Shown here: positions 1-12,791 of the stretch, one piece after another
How the letters are laid out: each line of letters begins with the position of its first letter
How positions within the stretch are numbered: position 1 is the first letter of the stretch
Assembly (NCBI GenBank): GCA_009103225.1
Contig: RHPI01000773.1
Coordinates: forward strand, 272,003-336,002
Source of the DNA: Chlorokybus atmophyticus
Taxonomy: Eukaryota > Plantae > Mesostigma and Chlorokybus algae
DNA length: 64,000 nt
Reading direction: 5' to 3'
Notes under the pieces: model-generated
Databases searched by the model: none
What the model saw: only the letters and a program-made list of their open reading frames with translations
What the model was told of the DNA's origin: nothing
Program-made: the position numbers and the translations under genes

Positions 1-1393
1 CGAGGTAAATGAAAGGTGAGTAAGTGTGGGGAGCAGCAACAATTTGCCCACATCATGCGGTGTGACATACACGATGATGTGACATACATGATGTATGTAA
101 CAGGGCTGCTTGGTGGTTGTAATAACTGTGCTGCTGTGCATGTTGAGTGTTGGAATATGCCTTGCACAAGTCATGACAGGGGTGCAATGGGACTGTTCTG
201 GCTGAGTCATACTGCCTAAATAGTCTTAAACGGCTATGTATGACTCACAAAGACTACGCGGGTCTTTGGTAAATTGCACGCAGGTGGGCTTGGTGGGACC
301 GGTTGAGCATACTTGCTGGCTGTCGGCGACCATATTGCGGGAGGGGGCTAAGCAGTTGTCGTCAACGTCAGAGTCATGCATAATGCAACCTGCAAGGACC
401 ACGCCCCTCACCTCTCTTTTTGCTGCGTTCGTGCGCTCTGCAGGTGGTTACATTGCTCCATTGTGTGCTTGAGGGTGTGTTATGTACTATTCTGGTTCTC
501 TTAACACTCTGTCTTGGCCCCCACCTAACTTTCTCCTGTATTATGTTGTTCGCCCTTTGTATGCTAGAACGCTTGCGTCTTGCACACACAGTCTTTGAGC
601 GTACCTAGCGTAGCTCTTATGTGATCAAATAATGTGCTTTGTTAGTAATTGTAAATGTTGCTTATTATTATACTATAAGCCCCGCTCTGCCTGTTACGAA
701 ATGAGGGTATCCCAATTGGCCACATTATCAAAAGGCGCTGATGGTTGAGGACTTTATATTGATTAATGCTACCATGGTAGCACTACCTCTCGACAGCTTG
801 AACATGTACAAAAGCATGCACGAGTAAAAATAATATTATAATAACATCATGGTTAAGCGCTCGCACGTGCAACGGTATGCATTGTACATGGTATGCAATT
901 TATGAAACGCTCATAGCCCAGTATGCCTAACACGAGGGCAATGTTTTACTAATGCATGTCTTTTTAATCAATAAAACATTGAAAAGATCGTAAATGATCG
1001 TTACCTTGATGTTTCGTAATTTGTTTATTTTTCAACATTCTGTTGATGTTCAAAGACTTGATTGCTATTTAATCCTCCCTTCGTTAATTTAAAAACACGA
1101 ATTTGAAGCAATCTCTGTGTGGGACATTACTACGTTCAATGACAAACTCGCATGAAGTAGATACACTGATACTGATATGTAACCACTAGCTGCATGCATA
1201 ATATGACATGAGATGAGGATACACGTAACATGCCATGTTGCTTCCTTAAAGCGGCTTCATGTAAGCACCACACATGCATACAATAAGGCACTTGAGTCAT
1301 GGTAACATGCATATGCATGCGCCAAACAAAAGCATTATATGCACATTGTGCATAAAGCGAACAAAGACATTTTTATTTAAACGCTTATGCACA

Positions 1394-1885
1394 TGTGACA
1401 ACCCACTCGATTATAAAAGACTTGGTGCTTTTATGGTCGATTTGTGGTTACTAAATGTACCTTCCCGTTACATCCCCCCCCCCCCCNNNNNNNNNNNNNN
1501 NNNNNNNNNNNNNNNNNNNNNNNNNNNNNNNNNNNNNNNNNNNNNNNNNNNNNNNNNNNNNNNNNNNNNNNNNNNNNNNNNNNNNNNNNNNNNNNNNNNN
1601 NNNNNNNNNNNNNNNNNNNNNNNNNCCCACCCACCTAAGAACGCTGACGTCCTCCGCATCTGCCCGTTCTGCCAGGGAATCATTTCAGCTTCAAGCAATA
1701 AGTTATGAAGTTACCGTTTACGACGTGTTACTGGATTGAGAAACAATGATTGCGGAATTTGTGTGCAAGGCAGGAAGCGAACCTGGGTCTCAAGCTCCGA
1801 TACCAATGTCACAGCCCACTTAACCATAAAAGACTTGGTGCTTTTATGGTCGCTTTGTGGTTATTTGATGTACCTTCCCGTTACA
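1394..1885 (-). mobile_element. Miniature LTR retroelement (TRIM-like) with 79-bp LTRs
   Basis: Direct repeats at 1394-1472 and 1807-1885 (about 10 mismatches in 79 nt by eye) read TGTAAC...CA on the minus strand. TGGTATCGGAGC (1794-1805, minus) lies 1 nt after the 5' LTR and resembles the tRNA-iMet PBS TGGTATCAGAGC. A G-run PPT (1473-1486, minus) abuts the 3' LTR. The interior contains an N-gap and no clean TSD. Confidence 0.75.
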
Positions 1886-4099
1886 ACATGTGTAAAACCA
1901 ATGTTGTGCGCATGCGTGAAACCAACACTGTGATGAAGAGAGATTTAAATTTAAAAAACGTTATGCCTTTGTAGGCATAATCCTTGATAAGCATATGCGA
2001 TAAGCGTTGGCGTATATTGTAGCAATATCACTACTTACTTGCTAATCGGGGCTTGCAACCTTATGTACAAGCACCAAGGACTTACAAATGGAAGTCTCAT
2101 CAGTGTCACCGTTGCAGTACCTCGCACGGGGAAGTCGCAGCTCAGCACCAAGGGAGGAGAGGATGACCACCTCTTAATCCAGCTCCAGGCACAAACACAC
2201 GCCCAACACACCCACTGTAACATATATGGTATGGGACATATATGAGGCATGTGGCTCCCCCTATGCCAGCGACTTTTGCTGCCGTAGCCTAGAAATTAAG
2301 GCGCCGATGTTACACCCACGTGCACAACACCACAACACACAAGGAATGAGGGGGAGAGCCCCTTCAACAGCCAACAACCAGGCACCCCATGCACACATGG
2401 CCCTCTTGCAAGGCAAACACACACTGACGTCTTAATCACATACTTATCCGATCCACTCACGGATTCAACTAAAGATATATACCACATGCTGCTCTCTCGA
2501 CCTAGCACGCAGGATGTCCAAGGCCACGTAGGCCTTGACACTATGCGCTGAACTTGTCCCAACATTGTAACCAACTTGAACAAACTCCGCCTTACGAATT
2601 TTAGACCACCTTTGATTCTCATAGGAATAACAATCCTACCTCGGAATCACAAACTCAGGCTCCCCTAGCACACATGTACTTGCGGATTGCCCACAGGCAC
2701 CACTTGCCTTGCGACTGTCACACATGTGGCAAATCGCACTACCACAGTGCGCATCCTATGGTTTGCCAACTTGGCACACTGTCGTGCAACTACCACTACC
2801 TATGGCAACTCACAATGCAATATTTAAAGCTTACATGCCATAGGCATTGAATGGCGTTGTGCTAGCCCTCATCAATGCCTTGTGTAGTTTATCACTTCCA
2901 GACTTCATAGGCTCAAGAGCAGACCTATATGAGAGCGTACCCCACAAGCACTATACACGCTTGCAAAGTACGAGTCCCCGCTTGCTCTCTTTTTACTAAC
3001 ACAAGTAAGGGACTGAGAATGACTTTCGTTAGCCCCATAGGCGTGATATATATGGCGTGGTGGAACCATCTTGACGTAATTTGATTCTATACCTATTTGT
3101 TTTATAATGCCATATTGCAATTGGAAGTGCACTTGCGCACGTATAATCGAGCCCCCATCCGTCGAGTTGAGCTTATATTGTAACATTAGAGCTTAGCCAC
3201 AAGGATATGGCAAGCATAATTACCTTTGGCGAGTAAACATTCCCTTTATGACCATGCCATATATGTAATTGAATTATCTACATAAATGTCTATAATATAA
3301 TTAACGATTAGGCATTTGCATTGTGCTATACTGTGTCTGCTTGCATCTTAAGCCTCAATGACTGCATACCGATTACCCACTTAATGTAAGTACATTACCA
3401 ATCAGACACTATTACGCATTGGAACGCCTCGATGTCATAATGAGTGCGTGGGGCCTGTATTTGGGGATTTGCTGATGCTCCAGCTGTAAAAAGCTCATTG
3501 CTCAGCACAAGTTGAGGCCCTGAAAAAGCACCCTTCATAGCATGTAAGGCATTTTCCAGCGCGCAGCTTGTGTTTGAGGAGCAACCGTAATGCTCTTATA
3601 CCACTTACATGTATCATTTGATGTGGTTTAAGAGAAGCGCACTTATGCAAGCCATACGCTTTGCAAGGCTTGCCTTGGCACATCAAGCATAAAACATCAC
3701 TGCGCTCTTGCAGCCCTGTTCAAGTGGCGGGTTGCGTTTTACGAATTCTGTTTGGCAACATATTCACTTGATATTACAAGATATCGTTTACTGCTGTCAC
3801 GATAATGACCCTCGGCACGCAGTTCCCCCTTCGCACTCCTTATGCTCCTTGCCCTAGAATCTAAATCACCCGAAGCTTTTCCCCCGACTCCTCGGCAGCC
3901 AGCGTAATGTATGACCCATCGACAACGACCCCCCTCCCCCCCCCCAATCNGCAGCGAGAGCTTATGGCTGCGGGCGACATCGACGGCTCCCTTAGCTAAT
4001 CTATAGACAAACCCTGACAGGGAAGTCCGCAATAAGTTGCAAGTACGAGGATTGGCGCGGAAGCGTCGGCGACCTCCATGAATTTACAATGTCACATCA

Positions 4100-5800
4100 A
4101 CTTAAGCAAACCGCGTGCATGCGTCGCATGACAGTGACTGACAAGGGACTAAGGGACTGACAGATGCCTGACCCTGCCTAACCCTATATGACGTAACGGT
4201 TTGGTCCATAAAGGGACTTTTTAGGACGGCCGTTACTATCAAGCAACACATACCGACGATAACCGGTCGATCAATAAGTACAATCGACGGCGGCCTGCCT
4301 GTGACGGCAACACCGCACTTTAAGGTGACGGCCGATTGTCGGTCGTCCCATTTGCGCGATGGCGACCTATCTGTATAGCAGGTAAGTCACGTTTTGGTCA
4401 CATACAGTGACGGCCGACCGTCGGTCGTACCCTGACCGTCAAAAAGTATGCGCGACGGCCTGCCTACTTTGGTAACCCAGTCACCGTTAGTCCCTATCAG
4501 GTGACCTTACCGCGCTTATTAAGTGACGGCTGATCACCGGTCGTGCACATAACGCGGCGGCGACTTACTTATTGTGTGTCAAGTATGATAAGCAAGTGAC
4601 AGCCGGTCCCTAAAGGTCGGCAAGTCGGGACGGTGGTACCGACCGACAAGTCGAGACACTGGTACAATGCAGCCGCCGTACCATGTCAATGGTACGAACA
4701 GTGCCATTGTTGCAATGGCACTATGGTATTATACTAATGGTACGATAGTGCCATTGCGACAATGGTATATTCGTACCATTATAATAATACGATAATGCCG
4801 TTGCGACAACGCGTTTGAATAACTTGGGCTGCCCAAGTTATTCAAGCTCTCAATGGCTTCAAGTTGAACAGAGCGATGTGTACCATTAGTATAATACGAT
4901 AGTGCCATTGCAACAATGGTATATTCGTACCATTATAATAATACGATAATGCCGTTGCGACAACGCGTTTGAATAACTTGGGCTGCCCAAGTTATTCAAG
5001 CTCTGAATGGCTTCAAGTTGAACAGAGCGATGTGGGCGACGGCGGCGGCGGCGGCGGCGGTCTTGGCGGCAACGGCAACGGCTAACAGTAGGTGAGCTTG
5101 GTTGCTGTCTGACGTTGTACTACGCGCAACACCGCATGCCATCTAACCACCGTCCTTGCCTTGGGGCGGCCAGGCCAGGCGGCGGCAGCGGCGGCGGAGA
5201 AGGAACGGCGGCGGCGGAGCTGGAGCGGGCGGTGCAGGAGCCGCAGCTCAGTATAAGGGTAGTGCTAGCAGTAGTACCTAAGGTAGTAGTAGCAGTAGTG
5301 GTAGTGGTAGCAGTAGTGGTAGTCTAGTGGTACTAGCAGTAGTAGTAGTAGCTCAGTATACTACATTGTAATTAATTTATTATTTGTCACGCATTCTTGC
5401 ACAGCTGATGATGACAATCATGTGTGACACCTCATCATGATTAAGCGATACCAGTAGTAGGTACCTTTGAAGGTACACATCATCGACGGTAGGTACCTTA
5501 AGGTACCTGACAATTTTGCTCAGTTAGCGTACAGCCGCCGATACCTAACTGATAAGTATCGGTTAGTTACTTGTTAGTTAGGTCAAGTACCCTTTGCTTA
5601 ACTGTTGGGTACCTGACAGGTACCTATTAATTAGGGTCAGTCCCTTTATGCAGACGGCCGCCAACTAATGAGGACGGCCGTTATGCTCAGGTCCCTGTAT
5701 CGAGATTGCCGGTAGACTGAAGGTCGACAGTCTAAATGAGTATCCTCAGGTGCACGGCCGTTGCTAATATCCAGTCGGCCGGCAGGGAAAACATTTTGCG
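4100..5800. repeat. Palindrome-dense non-coding block with recurrent GACGGCCG, AAGGGACT and AGGTACCT motifs
   Basis: Many short hairpins and palindromes, e.g. AGGTACCTTAAGGTACCT at 5491-5508. A 12-bp inverted pair CATAAAGGGACT lies at 4207-4218 / 5639-5650. (GGC)n and (GTA)n tracts occupy the middle. Confidence 0.6.
4741..5034. repeat. Near-perfect tandem duplication (140-bp units, period 154) each with a 15-bp stem hairpin
   Basis: 4741-4880 matches 4895-5034. Each copy contains TTGAATAACTTGGGC-T-GCCCAAGTTATTCAA. Confidence 0.9.
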
Positions 5801-6369
5801 ACGTGCATGCTGCCTTGCATGAGAATAAAATATTGTACAAGTTGACAACTTGTAACTATTGTTATATACTTTTTCGCCTGCCTTGCCCTACTCTTTGTTT
5901 TTCTCCATGTCGTGCGCATTGCTGTTGAATCTGTGGCGTGGCCACTGCCTCGTTGCCTGCGGACTGCACCACCTTTTACACAATACAGTACTTTGCAACC
6001 GCTTTGGCAATTACAAGCAACCACTAGCGTACGATTGTTGAGTTCTTGCAGAACGTAAGCTCGCTTTACTTAGGTAATTTGGAAGCACGCATGAACACCT
6101 TTGCATGCTTGCTGTGTGCTTGCTCACATGCATCCTTAACATCAGGAGCTTTTGACTTGCAACTTACTCCATAGCACTAAAGTCATTTCTTAAGGTGTTT
6201 TTTGCTTGTTTTGCCTTGCTCGTGTTTTTTGCATGTGTGCATGCGTCTCAGAAGATACGGACTCAGCTGAAGGACCCGACAAGCAAGATCATCCAGAGGT
6301 TGGAGGTGAGACAACTCTACCCGATTAGCAAACTTCACTCTGGATTCCTCCGCTCTACCAGAAGAGCAG

Positions 6370-7972
6370 GTGGGCGAACCCGACCTACTCGCTGCTGCAA
6401 GAATCTGTTCTTCTCTCTATCGTGACCACAGTCCCAAAAGCGAAAAAGACATGGCAGCCATCAATGGCACTCGCAACAGCAGCAGAAGCAGTGGCAGCAG
6501 TAGAAAGCTCGTCTTCATCGATGATGTTGGCTCTATCTCACTAAAAGAGTGGCTCAGTCGCTTCAACCCCATTATCCTGACAGTGAAGATACAAGTAAAG
6601 GGCGAATGGAACGACCAGTAGAAGTTTCTCATTGCCGCTATTTATTTTACCTTGATGAGGTGGCGTTGGCCGTGTGGCACGAGTTTGCCTCTGCACACGA
6701 CCTGCTCGAAGATGGAATTGTTGTCCGCTTTGAGTCCTCTTCTGGTCCCACCATCTTAGCTGCCGATGGATTGGGTGCCCCACGGGCTTTACCCTCTGTG
6801 ACCCCGCGCATTCCACGGGAACGCGTATCTCCTCAAACGGAGGTGACCGACACCGGCAACAGCGCGTCTGGCACCATCGCTGCCACGACGCCATTTCTAG
6901 TATCTAAAGTAGAGGCAGAACAAAACCAACGAGACTGTTGGCAGACGATGCAGCGCAGCTGTCGCCGCCTACCACTCCCTCACCCTTGCGTCATCACCTC
7001 TTGCTGCACCACCCCCTACAGCTCGTCAAAACCACAAGCTGAGGAGGGCAGCTCTGTTGAGACAGCACCACTATCTTCTTGAGCAGACCTGGTTTTTCTA
7101 CTGAACCAATGCATCCCGCTTACACCGCTCAGAAGGTTTAGGAGCTTATTAAGCTCAGAAGAAAGATCAGCGAAACACCCGTTCAGTATTACCAGCGCGT
7201 AGTTAGCCTAGTGGAGGACACTCCTCTGCATGAGATGCCACTGGTTAATCCCTTTTACCTCGCACGGGTGTACATGGAACATCTGGAACCACCCTTGCGC
7301 AAGCATGTCGCCGAGCTCAGCGGCGAGGCCAACTACACATTATGGCTGGCTTACAACAATGCCGTATACTAACAAGACTTGCTGCAAAGGCTGGCTGGCC
7401 TCAATTTCAGCGGTCTCGCACATTGTAGCAGCAGGACGATCCCGGCCTCAACCATTGCTCCGCCAAGGCAAACGCGCACTACTCACGCCGTCATGCACGT
7501 AGAAGACCACCCTCACCTGACCTGTCACAGGTGCGACAAAGTGGGTCACTTTATCAAAGAGTGCTCAATGCAACACGCTGACACCTGCTGCACTCATTGC
7601 GGCATGGACGCGCAGCTTTCAGCAGCTTGCTATACGTTGCATCCGGAGCTTAGGGAAGCTCTGAAAACAGCTCCCTCTCCAGCTGGTGCAAGCGCCATTA
7701 ACAACCTTTAAAACAAGGGAAAAGGGAAGGCTTATTTCATCCACAGTAGCAAGGCTGCAGGCAAAGTCACAGCAAAAGTGGCATTGGTGACCCGAGGCAA
7801 CGCTAATCTTCATAACATACAAGACAAGCTCAAGAGGCTCTTGGCCGACATTGAAAACTTTGGTAGCAGAAGGGACAAGCTTGAGGATCTGCTCAGCTAT
7901 GACAATATAGCAGCTTGCGCTGCGGCCCGACCACCGCACCCGCCTATACGGTTCATAGGGGTAAAGAGCTGA
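6370..7972 (+). pseudogene. Retrotransposon gag remnant with zinc knuckle(s)
   Basis: EWLSRF gag-like segment (6370 ORF), CHRCDKVGHFIKEC CCHC knuckle and a second degenerate CTHC...C (7379 ORF). In-frame stops are present, e.g. TAA at 7709-7711. Confidence 0.75.
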
Positions 7973-10900
7973 CCCGGCTCTAGCTAGTCCAGCCGCTCTT
8001 CAAACCTGCTCGCAGATCGGCCGCATAGACCATCCTCTACCGCAACACTCCCTCTAGCCAGTTTATAGCCTCGGCCCCCGCCGTAGCTCGCCCATCTCAG
8101 GCTACGTCTGACATTGGACCCGACGCTGTGCAACCCTCATGCGAGGTGTTGAAAGACACATTCATCGCTGGGGGCGTCTCCAAGCCACCTGGCAACAACA
8201 CCGCTCCTATCCACCCACCCAGGGGACAAGCCTATTGGTTCTTTTAAACCTGACAGCAACCGAGAATTAGATGGTGGCTCGCACTGGTACTGTCACCCTT
8301 CAGTTAGCTGTAGCATACTTTGCTAATGACACTATTGCAGAGGACCTCGACTTCAGATTAAGCTGAATTCAAACACATGTCCCACAGCTAGTGGCGTCTG
8401 TGGTTGAGAGACATAAGGACGCCCACGGGCTGGCGTACCACGCACGAATCATTAACTCTTTTGAACAACTGCTTTTCCACCTGCCTCCATTCACTCTGGC
8501 AAGCGCTCCTACTGGCTTCTTTCATTATCTAGACACCACGCCAGCAAGTTCGAATCCCGCGCCGACCAGAATGGGCACCGTTGCTCGGCAGCAGCAATGG
8601 AACCTGGCCAAGGTCATTTCTGAGAAGAGCATCGATTCGCCATCTCTCCACACCTCCAGCATCTGCCTCCTACCCTTACGGAGGCACAATGAAATCAGCG
8701 CTAAAGGGCTGCAGTTACCAGGCACGCGCACATTTTATAATAGCATCGACTTGGTCCAGCAAGACGCCTCGCCAGGGTACCTCGGCGCTACCCGGCGGAG
8801 AGACGACAGGAATTTCAGCAGCAACCCCATCATGAGTTGCAAAAAGCGCCATGTCTACTCGTGTGGCCATCCCCAGAGAACGTGGAACGGTGGGCTATAA
8901 AAGCCTTACATACCATTTAAGATGACCCACACATGGCATTTATAACGAACTTGTTTCTACCTCATGAAGACCAGTAGAGGCTCGCGTACCGTGCGTGACG
9001 CTGTGCACGACTGGGTGCGCGAGTTGTTACGACATAAGCGTCACGCAATGAGCAGCTGGTTGACCAATGAACAGCAAGAGCGGCTCCAGAACCTCCACTC
9101 CCCTGAGGACATTGTCATGCGGGATGTACTCGAAGGGCTCGCCGCACTTGAAAGCCAACCGGGTGAACCAGGGGACCTAGTCGACGCCGTCGTGCACTCG
9201 CGCACGATGAGCTAACTAGAAGACATGGCCATGCGCTGGCTAAACGCCCTCGTCGATTGTGACACGAGGGAGTACCGTTATCATCAGCGGCACATACCAC
9301 CCGTATGAGCGGAGATGAACTTTACTACACCGCTCTTGGAGACGGGAATTTCGCCCACCACCTCGGAATACGCCCGATCGTTAATCCCTAACTTGCCGCC
9401 ATTAGCAACAGCCATGCGGTTGCATCAACTTTTCGGCCGGGTATCCACCAACCTGAACTGCAACACTTGGCACAGTACCCTCCACTCCTGCGTGAGTCAT
9501 GGGATAGAGACCACGGACCGTACATGACCCCATGACTAACGTACGCAACCGCATGCGCCTGCGCGCTCCCTTGCAAACGCTTCGCCTCGACCATTGGCAG
9601 CTGCGCGAAGGAGTCTTGCAAGAACGCTGTAACGGTAAAACAACGTGGTTGTTACCCCGGAACCCGGCGCAGTCCCAACCCCAGACCGGCCAGACTTTTC
9701 CCCGGAAACACCAGCTTCCGTGTTCAAGGCCACCATCGCATCCAAAAGAGCATGCCTTTGGGACAGACATCACCGCAGCATGGCAACCCCACAGGAAGAA
9801 GACTTGCATGAGGCGCTGATGTCCGCATTCCAACAAGAATGTTCACTCCGACTGCAGGCACTTTCTGCTTCCACCCCCACAGCTAACAACACTCATACAT
9901 TCGCTACTTGGAGCCAGGAACAATAGGAGCACATTTGCCGGGAGCTGATGCTGATGAGGCAACGCCAGCTTCTGCAAAATGCGTCAACCTACGCACGCTA
10001 AGAATGGAAAAGGCAAACCCACCTGCTGAGTGGCATCAAACCTTTCACTTTACCCCAAATAAAAGGAGGGGGGGGGNNNNNNNNNNNNNNNNNNNNNNNN
10101 NNNNNNNNNNNNNNNNNNNNNNNNNNNNNNNNNNNNNNNNNNNNNNNNNNNNNNNNNNNNNNNNNNNNNNNNNNNNNNNNNNNNNNNNNNNNNNNNNNNN
10201 NNNNNNNNNNNNNNNNNNNNNNNNNNNNNNNNNNNNNNNNNNNNNNNNNNNNNNNNNNNNNNNNNNNNNNNNNNNNNNNNNNNNNNNNNNNNNNNNNNNN
10301 NNNNNNNNNNNNNNNNNNNNNNNNNNNNNNNNNNNNNNNNNNNNNNNNNNNNNNNNNNNNNNNNNNNNNNNNNNNNNNNNNNNNNNNNNNNNNNNNNNNN
10401 NNNNNNNNNNNNNNNNNNNNNNNNNNNNNNNNNNNNNNNNNNNNNNNNNNNNNNNNNNNNNNNNNNNNNNNNNNNNNNNNNNNNNNNNNNNNNNNNNNNN
10501 NNNNNNNNNNNNNNNNNNNNNNNNNNNNNNNNNNNNNNNNNNNNNNNNNNNNNNNNNNNNNNNNNNNNGGGGGCTGTCATTACCACGAAACCTGAGGCCA
10601 TCACCTACCCCATCGCCCGTACAGAAGCGACATGAACACTTGTGTGAGCCACGAGATCTAGCAAAAATAGAGGGCGGCCCTGGCTCTCCTCGGCCAGCAA
10701 ATCAGCGACAATCCATGGCATGGTTTGGCAGCGCAGCGGCGCGGTTTAATCGATCATAAGTTGAGGCGGCTTCCACTTTGCCTATTAATGCCTGCACACC
10801 ACCTGCAGCTTAACCTCTTCGTCAGTGCTGCGGCATAATTGACGAGTTTCGTCGGCATTCGACTCCCTCGCTTTCTCACACGAGCCATAGACTTCTTTAT

Positions 10901-11389
10901 GACCCTGCGCCCCTACGAATCTGGCCCTAGCCGGGCAGAAAACACTGTGCAACAATTTTTTAAAGAACCCAATTTCTTCCACTGGGAGCATCAGCGGGAC
11001 CAATACCTCCTAACCGCCTCGATTCGCAACCATGAGGATGACCAAGAAACCCTAGCACGACGACAGCAAGTGGAGCAGATGCGGGAAGGCACCGGGATAC
11101 CCGAGGAGATGGTGCAAAGACAATCACGGCCCCTCACCGAAGCAAAACGAGAATTGACCGCAGCTTACTTTAGCCTGCTGCCTATTCTGCCGGCCACCTC
11201 CTATGGGACCTGATAAGGCCATCATTGGGAGCGTGCTGTCACTGCCGAAGCCCTATGCTCAGCTCTAATGGTCGCTTCGGACTGCCAGCCCCACCGTGCC
11301 GACTCTGCTGCATTGTCAACCACCCGAGAGCAACCACCTTCACCCACCAACGATGGTGACACGCGCACAGCAATCGTGGTTTGTTCTGA

Positions 11390-11900
11390 TTGAAAATGCC
11401 ACAGCGATTGCCGCTTATCACTTTTTTAAACGCGCGTATGCCGGACCCAAACCTCATTGGGCCGCCTCGCACAACTGACCGGCTCGGCTCGCCCCCTAAC
11501 ATTGCCATGGTCAACAATCAGCGCCCCCACGTTACATTCGCCCACCACTCGTGGTCCCCTATCCACGTCCTTTTCGACACCGGCGCGCACCCAGTCATCT
11601 TGCAATTGGGACGCACTACTGAATGCCTTAGCATCGACTTCAATGTTTTAAATGAATCCTCTCACAAGATCCGCATAGCACAAGGCGGTCTCGAGAACAC
11701 CAGGGGGGAGACCCAGCGCATCCCTCTGCGCTTCACCAGTTATAGCATGGGGAAATCACTGTTCTGAGTGTGTTCAGCCTCATCTCTGACTCAGAGATTT
11801 TTGACATATTCGTTGGCATCATGCAATGATTGAGTCTTTGTTCCCCATTGGCACGTCAATCGACACGTGGTTAGAGCTTGCACTCTTTTAACCACGCTGG
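11390..11900 (+). pseudogene. Retropepsin-like aspartic protease remnant
   Basis: IHVLFDTGAHPVIL catalytic D-T-G motif, followed by a frameshifted FDIFVG and IDTW segment. Confidence 0.75.
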
Positions 11901-12791
11901 CATGAATGAGATGGCACCCCCACAGCTATTCCACTACGCCTTTGCACCTCTTCCTGTTACCCTCTCAAGGCTATTCCTATCCTACTCGTCAACACTGCTT
12001 TGCATTACAACCTTCGCACTCTCAATGAGGATGAAGTTGCACCTTTGGCGCTACGCACGCACCGATCATGAGTATTAGATAGAGCTGAGCGCGGGGGGGG
12101 NNNNNNNNNNNNNNNNNNNNNNNNNNNNNNNNNNNNNNNNNNNNNNNNNNNNNNNNNNNNNNNNNNNNNNNNNNNNNNNNNNNNNNNNNNNNNNNNNNNN
12201 NNNNNNNNNNNNNNNNNNNNNNNNNNNNNNNNNNNNNNNNNNNNNNNNNNNNNNNNNNNNNNNNNNNNNNNNNNNNNNNNNNNNNNNNNNNNNNNNNNNN
12301 NNNNNNNNNNNNNNNNNNNNNNNNNNNNNNNNNNNNNNNNNNNNNNNNNNNNNNNNNNNNNNNNNNNNNNNNNNNNNNNNNNNNNNNNNNNNNNNNNNNN
12401 NNNNNNNNNNNNNNNNNNNNNNNNNNNNNNNNNNNNNNNNNNNNNNNNNNNNNTGGGGGCAGGTCTGTCTCTATATATTAATACAATTGTCGAGATGACA
12501 TCAGTGCAATTGTCTGTGGAAGGATCTGCGCAAGCTATGCAGGCAGGAGTTGCAACTGCGTCGCCGACATCCATAAGCAACCCACGTCCCGAAGTACGTG
12601 GTAAAACAGTCACTGCAACAATTAAGACTCCTCGTGAAGTAGCTAAGCAGAATCCTGCGCTTCGCCGCCAACTACCTCGGGCAATAGCAGCACGCGTGGC
12701 ATCCACACCAGTCACCTCTCCATCAGTGCCCGGCGATCCTCTGCGTCAATTGGACTTGTTCACCGTCCAACTGACACCACAATGCCGCCGC

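Noticed and set aside
2400-2840. Possible LINE ORF2 C-terminal remnant (KLRLTN...THVLADCP)
   Set aside because: Only a partial zinc-knuckle-like match across frames, with no RT or endonuclease motif.
3400-3900. Possible degenerate protein-kinase pseudogene on the minus strand (ILGQGA*GV; EHYG...FSG; THYDIEAF)
   Set aside because: The motifs lie in different frames, spacing is short and there is no clear HRD or VAxK. It cannot be supported without a profile search.
3990-4080. GLPCQGLS on the minus strand, resembling DNMT motif IV
   Set aside because: It sits in a 27-codon ORF with no motif I or ENV nearby, so it is likely chance.
7700-7720. TTTAAAA as a gag-pol frameshift site
   Set aside because: It is out of phase for a -1 slip, and the downstream sequence continues in the same frame, so this is a simple premature stop.
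9908-12715. Long ORF-track entries spanning N runs (e.g. 9908-10759, 12005-12715, 16555-17247)
   Set aside because: They are artefacts of translating through gaps. All five gaps abut G/C homopolymers, typical of sequencing dropout, which also weakens any PPT call based on a G-run alone.
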